A stretch of DNA of 36,989 nt. It comes from Rhodanobacteraceae bacterium. GTDB taxonomy: Bacteria > Pseudomonadota > Gammaproteobacteria > Xanthomonadales > Rhodanobacteraceae. A program made the position numbers and the translations under genes. The stretch is from NCBI GenBank assembly GCA_049588955.1, contig JBAVZT010000483.1, forward strand, positions 1 through 36,989, written 5' to 3'. Of this stretch, positions 27,524 through 36,877 are shown in pieces. The first letter of the stretch is position 1. Each line of letters begins with the position of its first letter. The notes beneath the pieces were generated by a model, which was not told where the DNA came from, searched no databases, and worked only from the letters and a program-made list of their open reading frames with translations.

Positions 27524-28198
27524 TCAATCCCTCATCGCCAGCCGCTCCGGTCGCAACGCGCCGCTGTGATACGCCAGCTCGATCATCTCTTCAAAGAAGT
27601 CGACCTTCTCGCTGTCGCTGAGCTTCATCCAGGCACGCAGGTTCGCCACTTCCGCTTTGCGGAACGCATCGCTCGTTCGATCCCCTCCGTCAACTTTCGT
27701 CATCCGCCCTTCGTCCTGAATCTGTCGCAACTTGGCGATGTCCTCCAGATCGCGCGGCCGTCCGGCAGCCTGCTTCATTGCGATCGGATGCTCAATGCTG
27801 GCCACGCAGACTCGGATTCCATCGATGTTCTTGCTCACCGCATCCCGCAACAGCGAATCGAACGCGATCGGTTCCCTCGTGAACAGACCGATCGAACGCA
27901 TCGGATTGGCTGGATCCCATAGCTGGAACACGAGCATGTTTCGCTGCTCGATCCATTCCTCGCGTTTGCGCGGGTCGGCGAATTCCTCGATCGCGACCGG
28001 CAGGCGTGGCCTGAGTTCGATGCTGTCCAGCGCGGCCGCTGCGCGTTTGCAGTTGGCCGGAGCGAACCCGATGACCAGATCGAGATCGGCGGTAGCACTA
28101 AGGTAGCCGTGGAGAATCACAGCCATCCCGCCGACGATGACATAGTCGACACCGGCATCGTTGAGCGCCGCGAAGATCTGGCGGACGTTGAAGGCCAT
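27524..28198 (-). CDS. Nucleotidyltransferase-fold protein fused in frame to a ~59-aa helical domain
   Basis: YVIVGGMAVILHG..TADLD; MKQAAGRPRDLED; tail after internal ATG 27703 (MTKV..WMKLSDSEKVDFFEEM). Confidence 0.8.
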   Translation of the reverse strand: MAFNVRQIFAALNDAGVDYVIVGGMAVILHGYLSATADLDLVIGFAPANCKRAAAALDSIELRPRLPVAIEEFADPRKREEWIEQRNMLVFQLWDPANPMRSIGLFTREPIAFDSLLRDAVSKNIDGIRVCVASIEHPIAMKQAAGRPRDLEDIAKLRQIQDEGRMTKVDGGDRTSDAFRKAEVANLRAWMKLSDSEKVDFFEEMIELAYHSGALRPERLAMRD

Positions 28199-28379
28199 CG
28201 ATTGTCGTTTCGTTGCGGCGAAGCTGATCGGTTATCTTGGGCCGGCTGCAGCGCGCAAGCAACAACCCACGGGACCGTCTACGTGACGAGCCACTGAGTG
28301 CGCGCAAGGCGCATGCGCCAGTTGTGCCTTTGCGCAGCCGGTTCCGACGTGTTCAAGGTGAACCCACAAGAATCGATCC

Positions 28380-29735
28380 ATGCAAACAAGCGTCACAACA
28401 AGTTCCAATACCCTGCTGTTCTCGCGCGAATGGCGAGCCTTTACCATCGGCGCGGTGAGCCTGTGCTCGATGATCGCGTTCGAAGCCATCGGCGTAGCCG
28501 CCGGCATGCCGGCGGTAGCCTCCGCACTGAATGGGATAGCGCTTTACGCGCTGGCGTTCGCCGGTACCCTTGCAGGCTCCGTTGTGGCCATGGTGTGGGC
28601 CGGTCGGGATTGCGACCGGCACGGTCCGTTCCGATCGATGGCCTGCGGCATGGCGCTGTTTGCCGCGGGCCTGCTGCTGGCCGGACTGGCCGGATCGATG
28701 AGCGTGTTCGTGGTGGGTCGCGTCATCCAGGGTCTCGGGGTCGGCGCACTCGTCGTGGCGTTGTACGTGGCGGCGGCGCGCGCATTGCCGTTCGCACTGC
28801 ATCCGCAATTGTTCGCGCTGTTCTCGACCGCCTGGGTGGTGCCGGCGGTGATCGGGCCGGCAATTGCCGGCTGGATTGTCGAACAGTTCGGCTGGCGTTG
28901 GCTGTTCCTCGGTATCCTCCTCCTGCTGCTGCCGACGGCGGCGCTGATTCTGCCGCCGCTGCGCGGCGAAAACGAACCTGTCGCAACCGCGCAACGATCG
29001 CGACGCGACCTGGGCTGGGCGCTGCTGGCTTCGATCTGTTCGGTCACCCTGTCGACCAGCGCCTACGCGAAAGGCTGGGCGCCGCTCGTCATCGTCACCT
29101 CGCTTGCGGCGATTCTGCTCGCCGCCGCGCATCTGCTGCCCACGGGAACATTGCGGCTGCTGCGTGGACTGCCCGCGGTGATCGCACTGCGCGGATTGAA
29201 TTCGGCGGCGTTTTTCCTCTGCGAGGCGTTTGTCCCCCTCTGGTTGCATCAGCAACGCGGCTGGTCGATCACCGCTGCCGGCCTGGCACTGACCGGCGGC
29301 GCGCTGAGCTGGAGCATCGGCAGCAATCTGCAATCACGGATCGCGAACGAAACCACAAGACATTCCTGGCTTGCCCGCGGCTGCCTGCTGCTCGCGGCCG
29401 GCATCGCCGTCTGCGCGGCGACCGTGTTCGGCATGCTGCCCGACTGGACGATGCTGGTCGGCTGGTCGACCGCCGGATTCGGCATGGGCGTCTCGTTTCC
29501 GATGCTCGGCGTGCTGACGCTGAAGCTTGCGCCACGGCATCAGCAGGGAACCTGTTCATCGGCATTGCAGTTGTGTGCAGCGCTTTGCACCAGCGCCGCG
29601 CTGGCAATCGGCGGCCTGGTGTTTTCGCTGCTGCACGCAACCATGCCGCTCCAGGCATTTGCGAGCATCTTCATCCTCTCGGCCGCATTCGCGGCAGTCG
29701 CTTGGTCGAGTGCGGGAAGGGTCCTATCCGAATAA
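28380..29735 (+). CDS. MFS transporter (drug/efflux-like)
   Basis: AFEAIGVAAGMP, GRDCDRHG, GRVIQGLG, WVVPAVIGP..GWRWLF; many TM segments. Confidence 0.9.
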   Translation: MQTSVTTSSNTLLFSREWRAFTIGAVSLCSMIAFEAIGVAAGMPAVASALNGIALYALAFAGTLAGSVVAMVWAGRDCDRHGPFRSMACGMALFAAGLLLAGLAGSMSVFVVGRVIQGLGVGALVVALYVAAARALPFALHPQLFALFSTAWVVPAVIGPAIAGWIVEQFGWRWLFLGILLLLLPTAALILPPLRGENEPVATAQRSRRDLGWALLASICSVTLSTSAYAKGWAPLVIVTSLAAILLAAAHLLPTGTLRLLRGLPAVIALRGLNSAAFFLCEAFVPLWLHQQRGWSITAAGLALTGGALSWSIGSNLQSRIANETTRHSWLARGCLLLAAGIAVCAATVFGMLPDWTMLVGWSTAGFGMGVSFPMLGVLTLKLAPRHQQGTCSSALQLCAALCTSAALAIGGLVFSLLHATMPLQAFASIFILSAAFAAVAWSSAGRVLSE

Positions 29736-29807
29736 TCCAAGGCGAATGGCTGTACTGATGGGAATCAGAGACATTCTTCCCCGCAGGAGTGCAGCTGCCC
29801 TTCCTCG

Positions 29808-30971
29808 TCACGAGACCTTCTTCATCGTGGACCGGTCGTGATGCCAGCTCGCCAGCAAGGTCTGCTCGCGTTCGCGCGACAATCCGGCATGAAGTTGCGA
29901 TTGCCGCACCGCAGACTGACTGCGGAACCAGCTCAGCGTGTCGACCGCAGTCGCGGCAAGCGGTCGAAACGTGAGGCCGGCCGCGAGCGCGCGCTTGATG
30001 CTGCGCCGCGCGAATCCGGCGCTGTCGCCATGCGCCGGAACCCAGACCGGCAGATCCGACCAGGCCTGCACCTTGTTGTTTTCGAGAAACGTGCTGGGGA
30101 CCCAGGTCAGTCTGGCCCGTGCATGGATCGCCGAATCGATCGTGGCGAGCATGTCGCGCATGGTCATTCGGTGTGCCGGCCCGGTCGCATTGTAGATTCC
30201 GAAGCGACGCGCTTCGACCATGCGGATGGTCCATTCGGCCAGATCGCGCGCGTCGACCATCTGCACCGGATCCGATCCGTCGCCGGGTGCGAGCACTTCG
30301 CCGCCGCGGGCGAGGCGCACCGGCCAATAGGTGAAGCGGTCGCTTTGATCGCCAGGGCCGACAATCAGGCCGGGGCGGATGATCGTGGTGACGCCAGGAA
30401 ACTGTTTTTCCGCCTCGCGTTCGCTGACGGCCTTGAGCGGACCATACAGGCCGCCGATATCGGCGTGCAGGCTGGCCATGGTTTCGGCCATCGCATCCTT
30501 GCCGCCGTATTTGGCCAGTGCCGAGGACTCGTCGGCGCCGGCTTCGGCATTGTCCGCGTACACCGAAATGGTCGAAATGAAAACGTACTGCTTCACGTTT
30601 CCGCGCAAGACGCGGCCGGCGTCGCGCACCCAGAACGGCAGAGTGGTCGGGTTGTCGATGCACACATCCCATGTGCGGCCTTCGAGCGCCTTCAACTTGC
30701 CGCTATCGCGGTCACCCAGCAATTCCTCGACCTTCCCCGGCCACTCGATCTTGTGCCGGCCCCGGTTGAAAACGGTGACTCGATGGCCGCGGGCCAGCGC
30801 ATAGCGCACCTGATCGGGGCCGGTAAAACCCGTGCCGCCGAGAATCAGGATGCGCAACGGCCGCAATGCACGCTGCACGGCCGCCGCTGCATCGCCGGCG
30901 AATCCGCGCAATGCCAGACCGGCAGCGGTTGCAATGGACAGCTTGAGCAGATTTCGACGGGAAGGTTGCAT
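29808..30971 (-). CDS. NAD(P)-dependent epimerase/atypical SDR (isoflavone-reductase-like) with twin-arginine signal
   Basis: SRRNLLK; ILILGGTGFTG; FISTISVY; YGPLK; IRPGLIVGPGD; GGAGA SD before ATG 30971. Confidence 0.92.
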   Translation of the reverse strand: MQPSRRNLLKLSIATAAGLALRGFAGDAAAAVQRALRPLRILILGGTGFTGPDQVRYALARGHRVTVFNRGRHKIEWPGKVEELLGDRDSGKLKALEGRTWDVCIDNPTTLPFWVRDAGRVLRGNVKQYVFISTISVYADNAEAGADESSALAKYGGKDAMAETMASLHADIGGLYGPLKAVSEREAEKQFPGVTTIIRPGLIVGPGDQSDRFTYWPVRLARGGEVLAPGDGSDPVQMVDARDLAEWTIRMVEARRFGIYNATGPAHRMTMRDMLATIDSAIHARARLTWVPSTFLENNKVQAWSDLPVWVPAHGDSAGFARRSIKRALAAGLTFRPLAATAVDTLSWFRSQSAVRQSQLHAGLSREREQTLLASWHHDRSTMKKVS

Positions 30972-31027
30972 TGGGTCTCCGGTGAGAGCGTTTGAATCGG
31001 TTTCCCGCACTCCGCGCGTGTGCGCAT

Positions 31028-31987
31028 CTATGCGATAGTCGTTTCCGGTTCGTGATGCGATTGCGCCAGCGCGAAATCGATCGCCGCACAAACCGCCGCC
31101 ACCTGCGCGGCGTTGCATTGCCCGGCATTTGCGCGAGGGCTGTCGGGATAGACTTCGGTAGTCGTCTTGTAGGGTGCATTGGTGATCCCCGCACACAGGC
31201 CAAGCTTCTTGAGCGGATAGTTGATGACGCCTGGCGCGACCATGGGCGAGCCAATGATCTCGCCATTGCGGTCGGCCGGCGCAATATGGCTGACTCTCGC
31301 CACCGCCGCGATGATCGCCTGCTGGAACGCAGGTTGCGGCTGCTCGCTGTCGTCGACCAGATAGAAGCCGTCGGGAATCTCGCCCTTCTCGAACGGTTTC
31401 CCGTCGCGGGCGGCCAGTGCCGGGCGAAACTCGGATTCGTCGGTATCGGTGGTTTCGTGCAGGTCGACATGGACCAGCACGCGATCGCGCATCGGCGCGA
31501 CCAGGCGCATCAAAGCGGCCGATTCCGGCGCCGGGCTGTCCTGGCGAAACGAGCGGTTCGGATCGACCGCATCCGGATTCCAGCGGTGAATCATTTCATA
31601 GGCCCAGGGGCTGACACACGGCGCGACCACGAGATTGACCCGATCCTCGTAGCTCGACGCATGCTGATCGACAAACTGCAAGGCTCCATGCACACCGCTG
31701 GTTTCATAGCCATGCACGCCGCCGGTGACCAAGATGGCGGGAAGCTCGTCGCGCCAGTCGCGACTCCTGATTGCTAACAGCGGGTAGCGCTCGGCGCAAT
31801 AATCAAGGCGCCCATACTGCACAACGTCATAGCGCGCCCGCAGCGCCTCGATCCGGTTCAGCACGTCCACTTTGTAGCTGCGTCTCGGAGTCTGTCGTGA
31901 CCGCCACGCGGACACGTCGGCAGCACTCCACGGAACGCCGGGTGTGCCGATCGGGTAGTGTGCCTGGAAGGCCATCACGTCGCTCAC
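31028..31987 (-). CDS. M14-family metallocarboxypeptidase (succinylglutamate desuccinylase/aspartoacylase-like)
   Basis: GGVHGYE, DPNRSF, DLHET, TTEVYPD; alternative start ATG 31975. Confidence 0.9.
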   Translation of the reverse strand: MSDVMAFQAHYPIGTPGVPWSAADVSAWRSRQTPRRSYKVDVLNRIEALRARYDVVQYGRLDYCAERYPLLAIRSRDWRDELPAILVTGGVHGYETSGVHGALQFVDQHASSYEDRVNLVVAPCVSPWAYEMIHRWNPDAVDPNRSFRQDSPAPESAALMRLVAPMRDRVLVHVDLHETTDTDESEFRPALAARDGKPFEKGEIPDGFYLVDDSEQPQPAFQQAIIAAVARVSHIAPADRNGEIIGSPMVAPGVINYPLKKLGLCAGITNAPYKTTTEVYPDSPRANAGQCNAAQVAAVCAAIDFALAQSHHEPETTIA

Positions 31988-32096
31988 TCTGCCGTTGCAT
32001 CAATCGAAGGCGAGGCACTGTAGCACTGGCCTGAAAATGGGCAGTGACGAAACGAAGCGGTGAAGGATCTCTGGAATACCCAGCTTGCCAGGGGGA

Positions 32097-33401
32097 TCAT
32101 GCGGACCCGCGCCGGGCGCCGGGGCGGTGTTCGGGATGACGATATTCCGGCAGGAACAGCACAATCAGCGCTGCCAGCGCGGTGCCTGCCGGCACTGCCG
32201 CCAGCGCGATCCGGAAATTGCCGCCGGTCAGGTCGGCAAGATAGCCGACGAGCGGCTGGAACAGCAGGGCGCCGGCAATGCCGATCATGTTGACGAATGC
32301 CACGACGGTGCCGGCCAGCCGATTTTCCTGCCCTTCCTTGGCCATCGCAAAAGTGAGCATCTGCGGACCACCGAAAAAGCCGGCCGAGAACAACAGGCCG
32401 CCTTCCAGCCCGGTCGACCCGGGCAGGTAGAGCACTGCTGCGTACGCCAGCGCGGTCAGCAAAGCGCCCAGGAAGACCAGATACTTGCGGTGACCGAGCC
32501 GGTCGGAAAGCCAGCCGCCTGCCAGGCTGCCGGCGGTCATGCCCCAGAACACCATCGATACCAGCGTCTCCGCGGTGACCGGCGATAGATGGTGGTCCTT
32601 GACCAACTCGGTGGTTCCCCACAGGCCGCCGTAGACATTGACCGGCAGGTAGTAGAGCAGACCTATGATCGCGATTACCCAGGTACGCGCGTTGCCGATC
32701 ACCGCCGCCAGACTTTGCCTGGCATGCATGGCAACCGTTGTCGACGCCGTGGCTGCCGGCGACGGTGGTTCGCGCAGAAAGAGGAACGCGACCAGAAACA
32801 GCATACCTCCGACCGCTGCGGTTGCCAGAAACACCTCGTGCCATCCGCTGGTTTCGATCAGCCCCGACAGCACCACGCCACCAATGGCCGTGCCCAACAT
32901 GCCCATGGAGTTGACCGCGCCGGAAAGCAACGCAAAACGACTCGGCGCGAACCAGTGATTGACCAACCACAGCGCCGCGACAAATGCGAACGACGCACCG
33001 AAGCCGGTAAGCGCTCTACCGCACTCTGCCACCACGACCTGGCCGGTCGCCGCAAACGCCAGCACGCCGAGCGCACAACAGAAGCTGCCCAGCAGGACAA
33101 AGCGCCTGGCGCCGAAGCGGTCGAGCAACAACCCGACCACGATCTGCATCGGCGCGTAGACCCAGAAGAATAGGCTCGCCAAAGCACCGAAGCCGCCATC
33201 CGACAGAGCGTACGCCTGCTTGATGGAGCCGGCCGCCAGACTGGGCTCGATCCGGGTCACGAATTCGAACAGGAAGAACGCCGAAGCAATCGCGAAGGCG
33301 ACCCATGCGGTGCGTGACGTTTTGCGGTCGGACGAGGGAATGGCGAACACCTGCAATCGATCCACGCCATGTTTTAGCACGCGCGAGACCCTTCGTCGCA
33401 C
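32097..33401 (-). CDS. MFS transporter
   Basis: FFLFEFVTR, YAPMQIVVGLLLDRFGAR, GWLSDRLGHRK; about 12 TM segments; true start may lie 10-20 codons downstream. Confidence 0.9.
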   Translation of the reverse strand: MRRRVSRVLKHGVDRLQVFAIPSSDRKTSRTAWVAFAIASAFFLFEFVTRIEPSLAAGSIKQAYALSDGGFGALASLFFWVYAPMQIVVGLLLDRFGARRFVLLGSFCCALGVLAFAATGQVVVAECGRALTGFGASFAFVAALWLVNHWFAPSRFALLSGAVNSMGMLGTAIGGVVLSGLIETSGWHEVFLATAAVGGMLFLVAFLFLREPPSPAATASTTVAMHARQSLAAVIGNARTWVIAIIGLLYYLPVNVYGGLWGTTELVKDHHLSPVTAETLVSMVFWGMTAGSLAGGWLSDRLGHRKYLVFLGALLTALAYAAVLYLPGSTGLEGGLLFSAGFFGGPQMLTFAMAKEGQENRLAGTVVAFVNMIGIAGALLFQPLVGYLADLTGGNFRIALAAVPAGTALAALIVLFLPEYRHPEHRPGARRGSA

Positions 33402-33644
33402 GGCTTGACGAGCAGCGAACCGGAAGTCCTTTTTCGTTGCCGGACGTGGGAACCCTCAGCGTGCGTTGCATCTTGCAGCGGCGACGGGTACTCGCGAGGC
33501 GATATCAATTCCGAATCGGTTCCGCATCCTGGTCAAGGTATCGCTCGGCGGGTGCGAAGGCCACCGGGACGCGGCCAGCGTACAAGAAAGCACAACCTGA
33601 CCAAAGGCGACGCCGAGTTCGGCGTGCGATCGAAAATCGCGAAA

Positions 33645-33983
33645 TTATCGCCGATGAAACTGCGCGTAGGGGCATCCGGCCCACGGAAGCGGGGCATGCG
33701 TCAAGGCCTCCGCCAGGACGCGAGCATGGCAAACGCGGCAGTGATTGACACTCCCTGCCCCCGGTACAACCTGCATCACCTTCTCCCAGCGGCAAAGCTC
33801 GTAGCCTGCCCGGCGAGTCTCGGAAAGCGCTCGCAAGGGAGACTCCTTCCGGGACTCCCTGATCAGTGCCGAATAGATCCTTGCCTTCAAACGAGCCGGC
33901 GCGGACACGGCCGTGTCTTCATGGTCGGCCAGATCCTGGAAGAACTGGTCGTCGGCAATTACGGGCCGCTTCCGCTCATTCAC
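33645..33983 (-). CDS. Small Cys-rich soluble protein, putative anti-sigma factor
   Basis: GTG overlaps the sigma stop by 8 nt with GAGG SD; APARLKARIYSAL; C64, H81-C82-x-x-C85-H86, C104. Confidence 0.7.
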   Translation of the reverse strand: MNERKRPVIADDQFFQDLADHEDTAVSAPARLKARIYSALIRESRKESPLRALSETRRAGYELCRWEKVMQVVPGAGSVNHCRVCHARVLAEALTHAPLPWAGCPYAQFHRR

Positions 33984-34674
33984 GATTCCACCTCCGCGCG
34001 AAGTCGGCGCGCGATCGCGCCAGTAGCCGTTCCACCGCTTTTTCGGTCCTTCCCGTCATCTCGGCTATTTCACCCAGAGATCGATGGTTCCAGTATCGCC
34101 AGCGAAGAACAATCCGGTAGCGTTCGGGCATCCGCAACAGGATGTCCCGAATTCTTGCATCCGTGCGCTGGCGATCGACGCTTCCCTCGAAGTCGACCAG
34201 TTCGACCGGCTCGGAATGCCCGCGGTCGTCTTCATCCGCACCATCCCGAGGCATTTCCCGAAGCCGCCGACTGTAGAAGTCCGCGACCTTGTGGCGTGCG
34301 ATTGCACACAACCACGTATTCAGGCTCGCTTCCTTTCGAAAGCGTCCAAGTTGAGGCCACGCGGCAAGAAATACTTCCTGACAAAGCTCCTCGACCACTT
34401 CCTGCCGATCGATCCGGCGCGACAGAAAACTGTAGACCACATCGGTCGATGTCTGCACGAGAATCGCGATCGCCTTGCGGTCTCCCGCGAGAACATCGGC
34501 AATCAGAGCCTCCTGATCCGTCGCCCCCCCCGTGTTCGACCGCGCGCTTCCCGCCGGCTGCCCCGGGTGACCTGTCGACTCCCGGAGCACGTCTTCAGTG
34601 GACACCGACGCGAGCCCCCGAACGATAACGGTTCCTGCAGCGCACAACGAGGGACGGCCTGGGGTCGTGCGCAT
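33976..34674 (-). CDS. ECF-type RNA polymerase sigma-70 factor
   Basis: Region 2 VEELCQEVFLAAW..TWLCAIARHKVAD; region 4 MPERYRIVL..SLGEIAEMTGRTEKAVERLLAR; start uncertain. Confidence 0.92.
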   Translation of the reverse strand: MRTTPGRPSLCAAGTVIVRGLASVSTEDVLRESTGHPGQPAGSARSNTGGATDQEALIADVLAGDRKAIAILVQTSTDVVYSFLSRRIDRQEVVEELCQEVFLAAWPQLGRFRKEASLNTWLCAIARHKVADFYSRRLREMPRDGADEDDRGHSEPVELVDFEGSVDRQRTDARIRDILLRMPERYRIVLRWRYWNHRSLGEIAEMTGRTEKAVERLLARSRADFARRWNRE

Positions 34675-35210
34675 GCATCGTCATTATCTATGATAGTCGC
34701 AAGGAGGGGAGGATTCCCCCTCGATCGCCCCGGCATGCTGCCAATCCGGGGTGGAACCCTTCTCGTTGCGGCATGCGCCGGCGTACTGCGTGGCGACGAG
34801 CAGAACCATGATCGGTTGCGAGGCGCCGCAAAGGCACTTCGATCCGCATGCGTGCGTCCTCGAGCATGCCGATCCTCATGGCGACGGCGCGTGTTCCGTC
34901 GTGTTGCGACGAGATCGGGATCGGGGGGGTACCGGCTTGCGCAACCAACGATGCGAACGACCACGCCGTCGCGACCGGCCCGCCGGCACATGCGGACCGA
35001 TCAGCCGATCATTCCATCGCCGCGCCTTATCCGCCCGACGGCGCCGGCAGGCGTTCGCGTGCGACAGCTATTTTCTTCCGCATACCACCGCTAGCGCGCG
35101 GCGACTTCGCGAAAATCCGCATGCAACACGGCCGGCGCCTTTGCCACGCCGGCCTCACATCATGGATCGATGGGTGCTGCCGAGCTGGCCGATTTCAGCT
35201 CGCGGCGAAA

Positions 35211-35711
35211 TCAATCTCTTGACCTGGCCACGACGGTACCGTCGTCCGGATCGACCAGCAGCTCGACATCCTTGCCGTCGCTGGTCCTGGCATCGGCACT
35301 CCACAAGCCATCGTCGAACTCCACATCGCCAATGTTCTCGTAGCCCTGCGCAGTCAGCTTGGCCTTGACCTCGTCCTTGTCGAGCCTGGAAGGCGCATCT
35401 TCCGGATACACCTTGCCGGAAAGCGGACCGACCTTCAATTCGACCCAGTCATCGTTGCCGCCGCGCGCCTTGGTCTGCCATACACCGTCCTTGAATTCGA
35501 GGCCCTTGACCTCCTTGTAACCTGCCTTGGCGATGTCGGACTTGATCTGTTCTTCGCTCAATGCATCGGTGGGCCTGGGGAAGATGGTCGTCGTCGTGGT
35601 CTGCTGCACGGTCGTGCCGGCACTCGCCGCGGGCTCCTGTGCAAACACGAGTGGACTCGCCAGCATGGTCGCCGCCGCGCCGATGGTCATGGAAAGAATG
35701 CGTTTGCGCAT
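35211..35711 (-). CDS. Secreted protein with two PepSY-like domains
   Basis: GAGGAG SD; signal peptide ending VFA; two repeats (I..AGYKEVKGLEFKDGVW / L.AQGYENIGDVEFDDGLW..VDP.DG.V). Confidence 0.9.
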   Translation of the reverse strand: MRKRILSMTIGAAATMLASPLVFAQEPAASAGTTVQQTTTTTIFPRPTDALSEEQIKSDIAKAGYKEVKGLEFKDGVWQTKARGGNDDWVELKVGPLSGKVYPEDAPSRLDKDEVKAKLTAQGYENIGDVEFDDGLWSADARTSDGKDVELLVDPDDGTVVARSRD

Positions 35712-36020
35712 GATCGTCTCCTCGCTGAATACCCGACGCAGGGTGCACGGGCGATTCTCAATCCGCGATGAATCGATCGATCCGCCTAAGCGTGGATTCA
35801 TTGTCGCGACATCGCCCGTTCAGGGCGCACAGCAGCAGCCGAATCCGGAAAACCTTCGATGCGCATCGACTGCTGCGCCGGGACGGGCTGCAAGATCGCA
35901 AGCGCGCGCTGGAATTGAAACCGGCGCTGCTTCGCGTATTTCGCCGACGGCGAGACGTCTCCGTACAGTTCCTGTTCAGTCGGCAGATTGGGGCGCGCGC
36001 AAGCATGGCGCAATCACGGC

Positions 36021-36539
36021 TCAGTCGTGGCGCCAGAAGCGATCCATCTCCAAATAGGTGAACGAAGCCGACCACGTGATCAGCACGAAGCCGCACAGTG
36101 CCTCGGTGCCGGCGAGGAAACGGACCGGGCCGGCGGGAATGACATCGCCGAAACCGACCGTGGTGTAGGTCACGGCCGAAAAATACACATGATCGAACAG
36201 GGAGGTGGTCGCCAGGCCATGAATGTTCCCGAAGGCGGAACCGGCCAGCAGCAGCAGGAAATAGGCCATGCCGAAAATCCAGATCTCGACGACGTGCACC
36301 GCAAGCACGCCAAAGATCCCGTAAAGCACCCGCCGGCGGCGCCGCACACCGAGATGACCGAGGTGACGGGAAAGCAGCGAAAGCGCCTCGTAGTGGATCA
36401 GCACGCACAACGCGACCGCCAGCACAGTCGCCCCGACCACCGCCAGATCGATACCCCAGTTGCCATAGGGGCCGTGCAGCCACGGTGCGACGGCGGGTGC
36501 AGCAGCCAATCCGGTGTTCAATCCATCAATCGCTCGCAT
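36021..36539 (-). CDS. Small potassium-channel-family protein (Ion_trans_2 pore)
   Basis: YFSAVTYTTVGFGDV selectivity-filter motif flanked by TM helices; start uncertain. Confidence 0.88.
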   Translation of the reverse strand: MRAIDGLNTGLAAAPAVAPWLHGPYGNWGIDLAVVGATVLAVALCVLIHYEALSLLSRHLGHLGVRRRRRVLYGIFGVLAVHVVEIWIFGMAYFLLLLAGSAFGNIHGLATTSLFDHVYFSAVTYTTVGFGDVIPAGPVRFLAGTEALCGFVLITWSASFTYLEMDRFWRHD

Positions 36540-36877
36540 TTGCGGGAAGACAAGTTTACCGCGCGCTGCATGGCCGGACGCGAGAAAAAAAAGAAAAAGC
36601 GGAAAGGGCGACCGAGACAATTGATCGCAACTGCAGGCGGACTGCCTGCAAGACATCTAGCGACGCTGGCACCATGCCACGCGAGCCCCGACTCCACCTC
36701 TGGCGATTCGTCTGCCCGTCACCAGCGTCGCGCAAACCGTCAGCACTGCTGGGCAGCGACTGCGCGCGGGGGGATTTTCCCCCGGCAGCGACTGACCGGA
36801 TGTTGAAAATCAAAAACCGCAAACCTGCGCGCGGGCTTGGTCTGCAAGGTGCGCGCCGCTCGATCAGGAGGAAAGCC

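Noticed and set aside
28351..28363. GTTCA-AGG-TGAAC palindrome before the MFS gene as a SoxR/MerR-type box
   Set aside because: Too short, and it does not match the 18-bp SoxR consensus
33726..33740. CRVCH as a c-type heme attachment site
   Set aside because: The protein has no export signal, so cytochrome c maturation is unlikely; metal ligation is more plausible
34675..35210. ORFs or an ncRNA in the ~535-bp gap upstream of the ECF sigma gene
   Set aside because: No ORF with a convincing SD or protein-like sequence; only a short hairpin (34704-34722); no RNA family recognised
35943..35972. Minus-strand GGAACT...CGTC ECF-like promoter upstream of the PepSY gene
   Set aside because: Spacing and -10 match are weak, and it lies about 230 bp from the start codon
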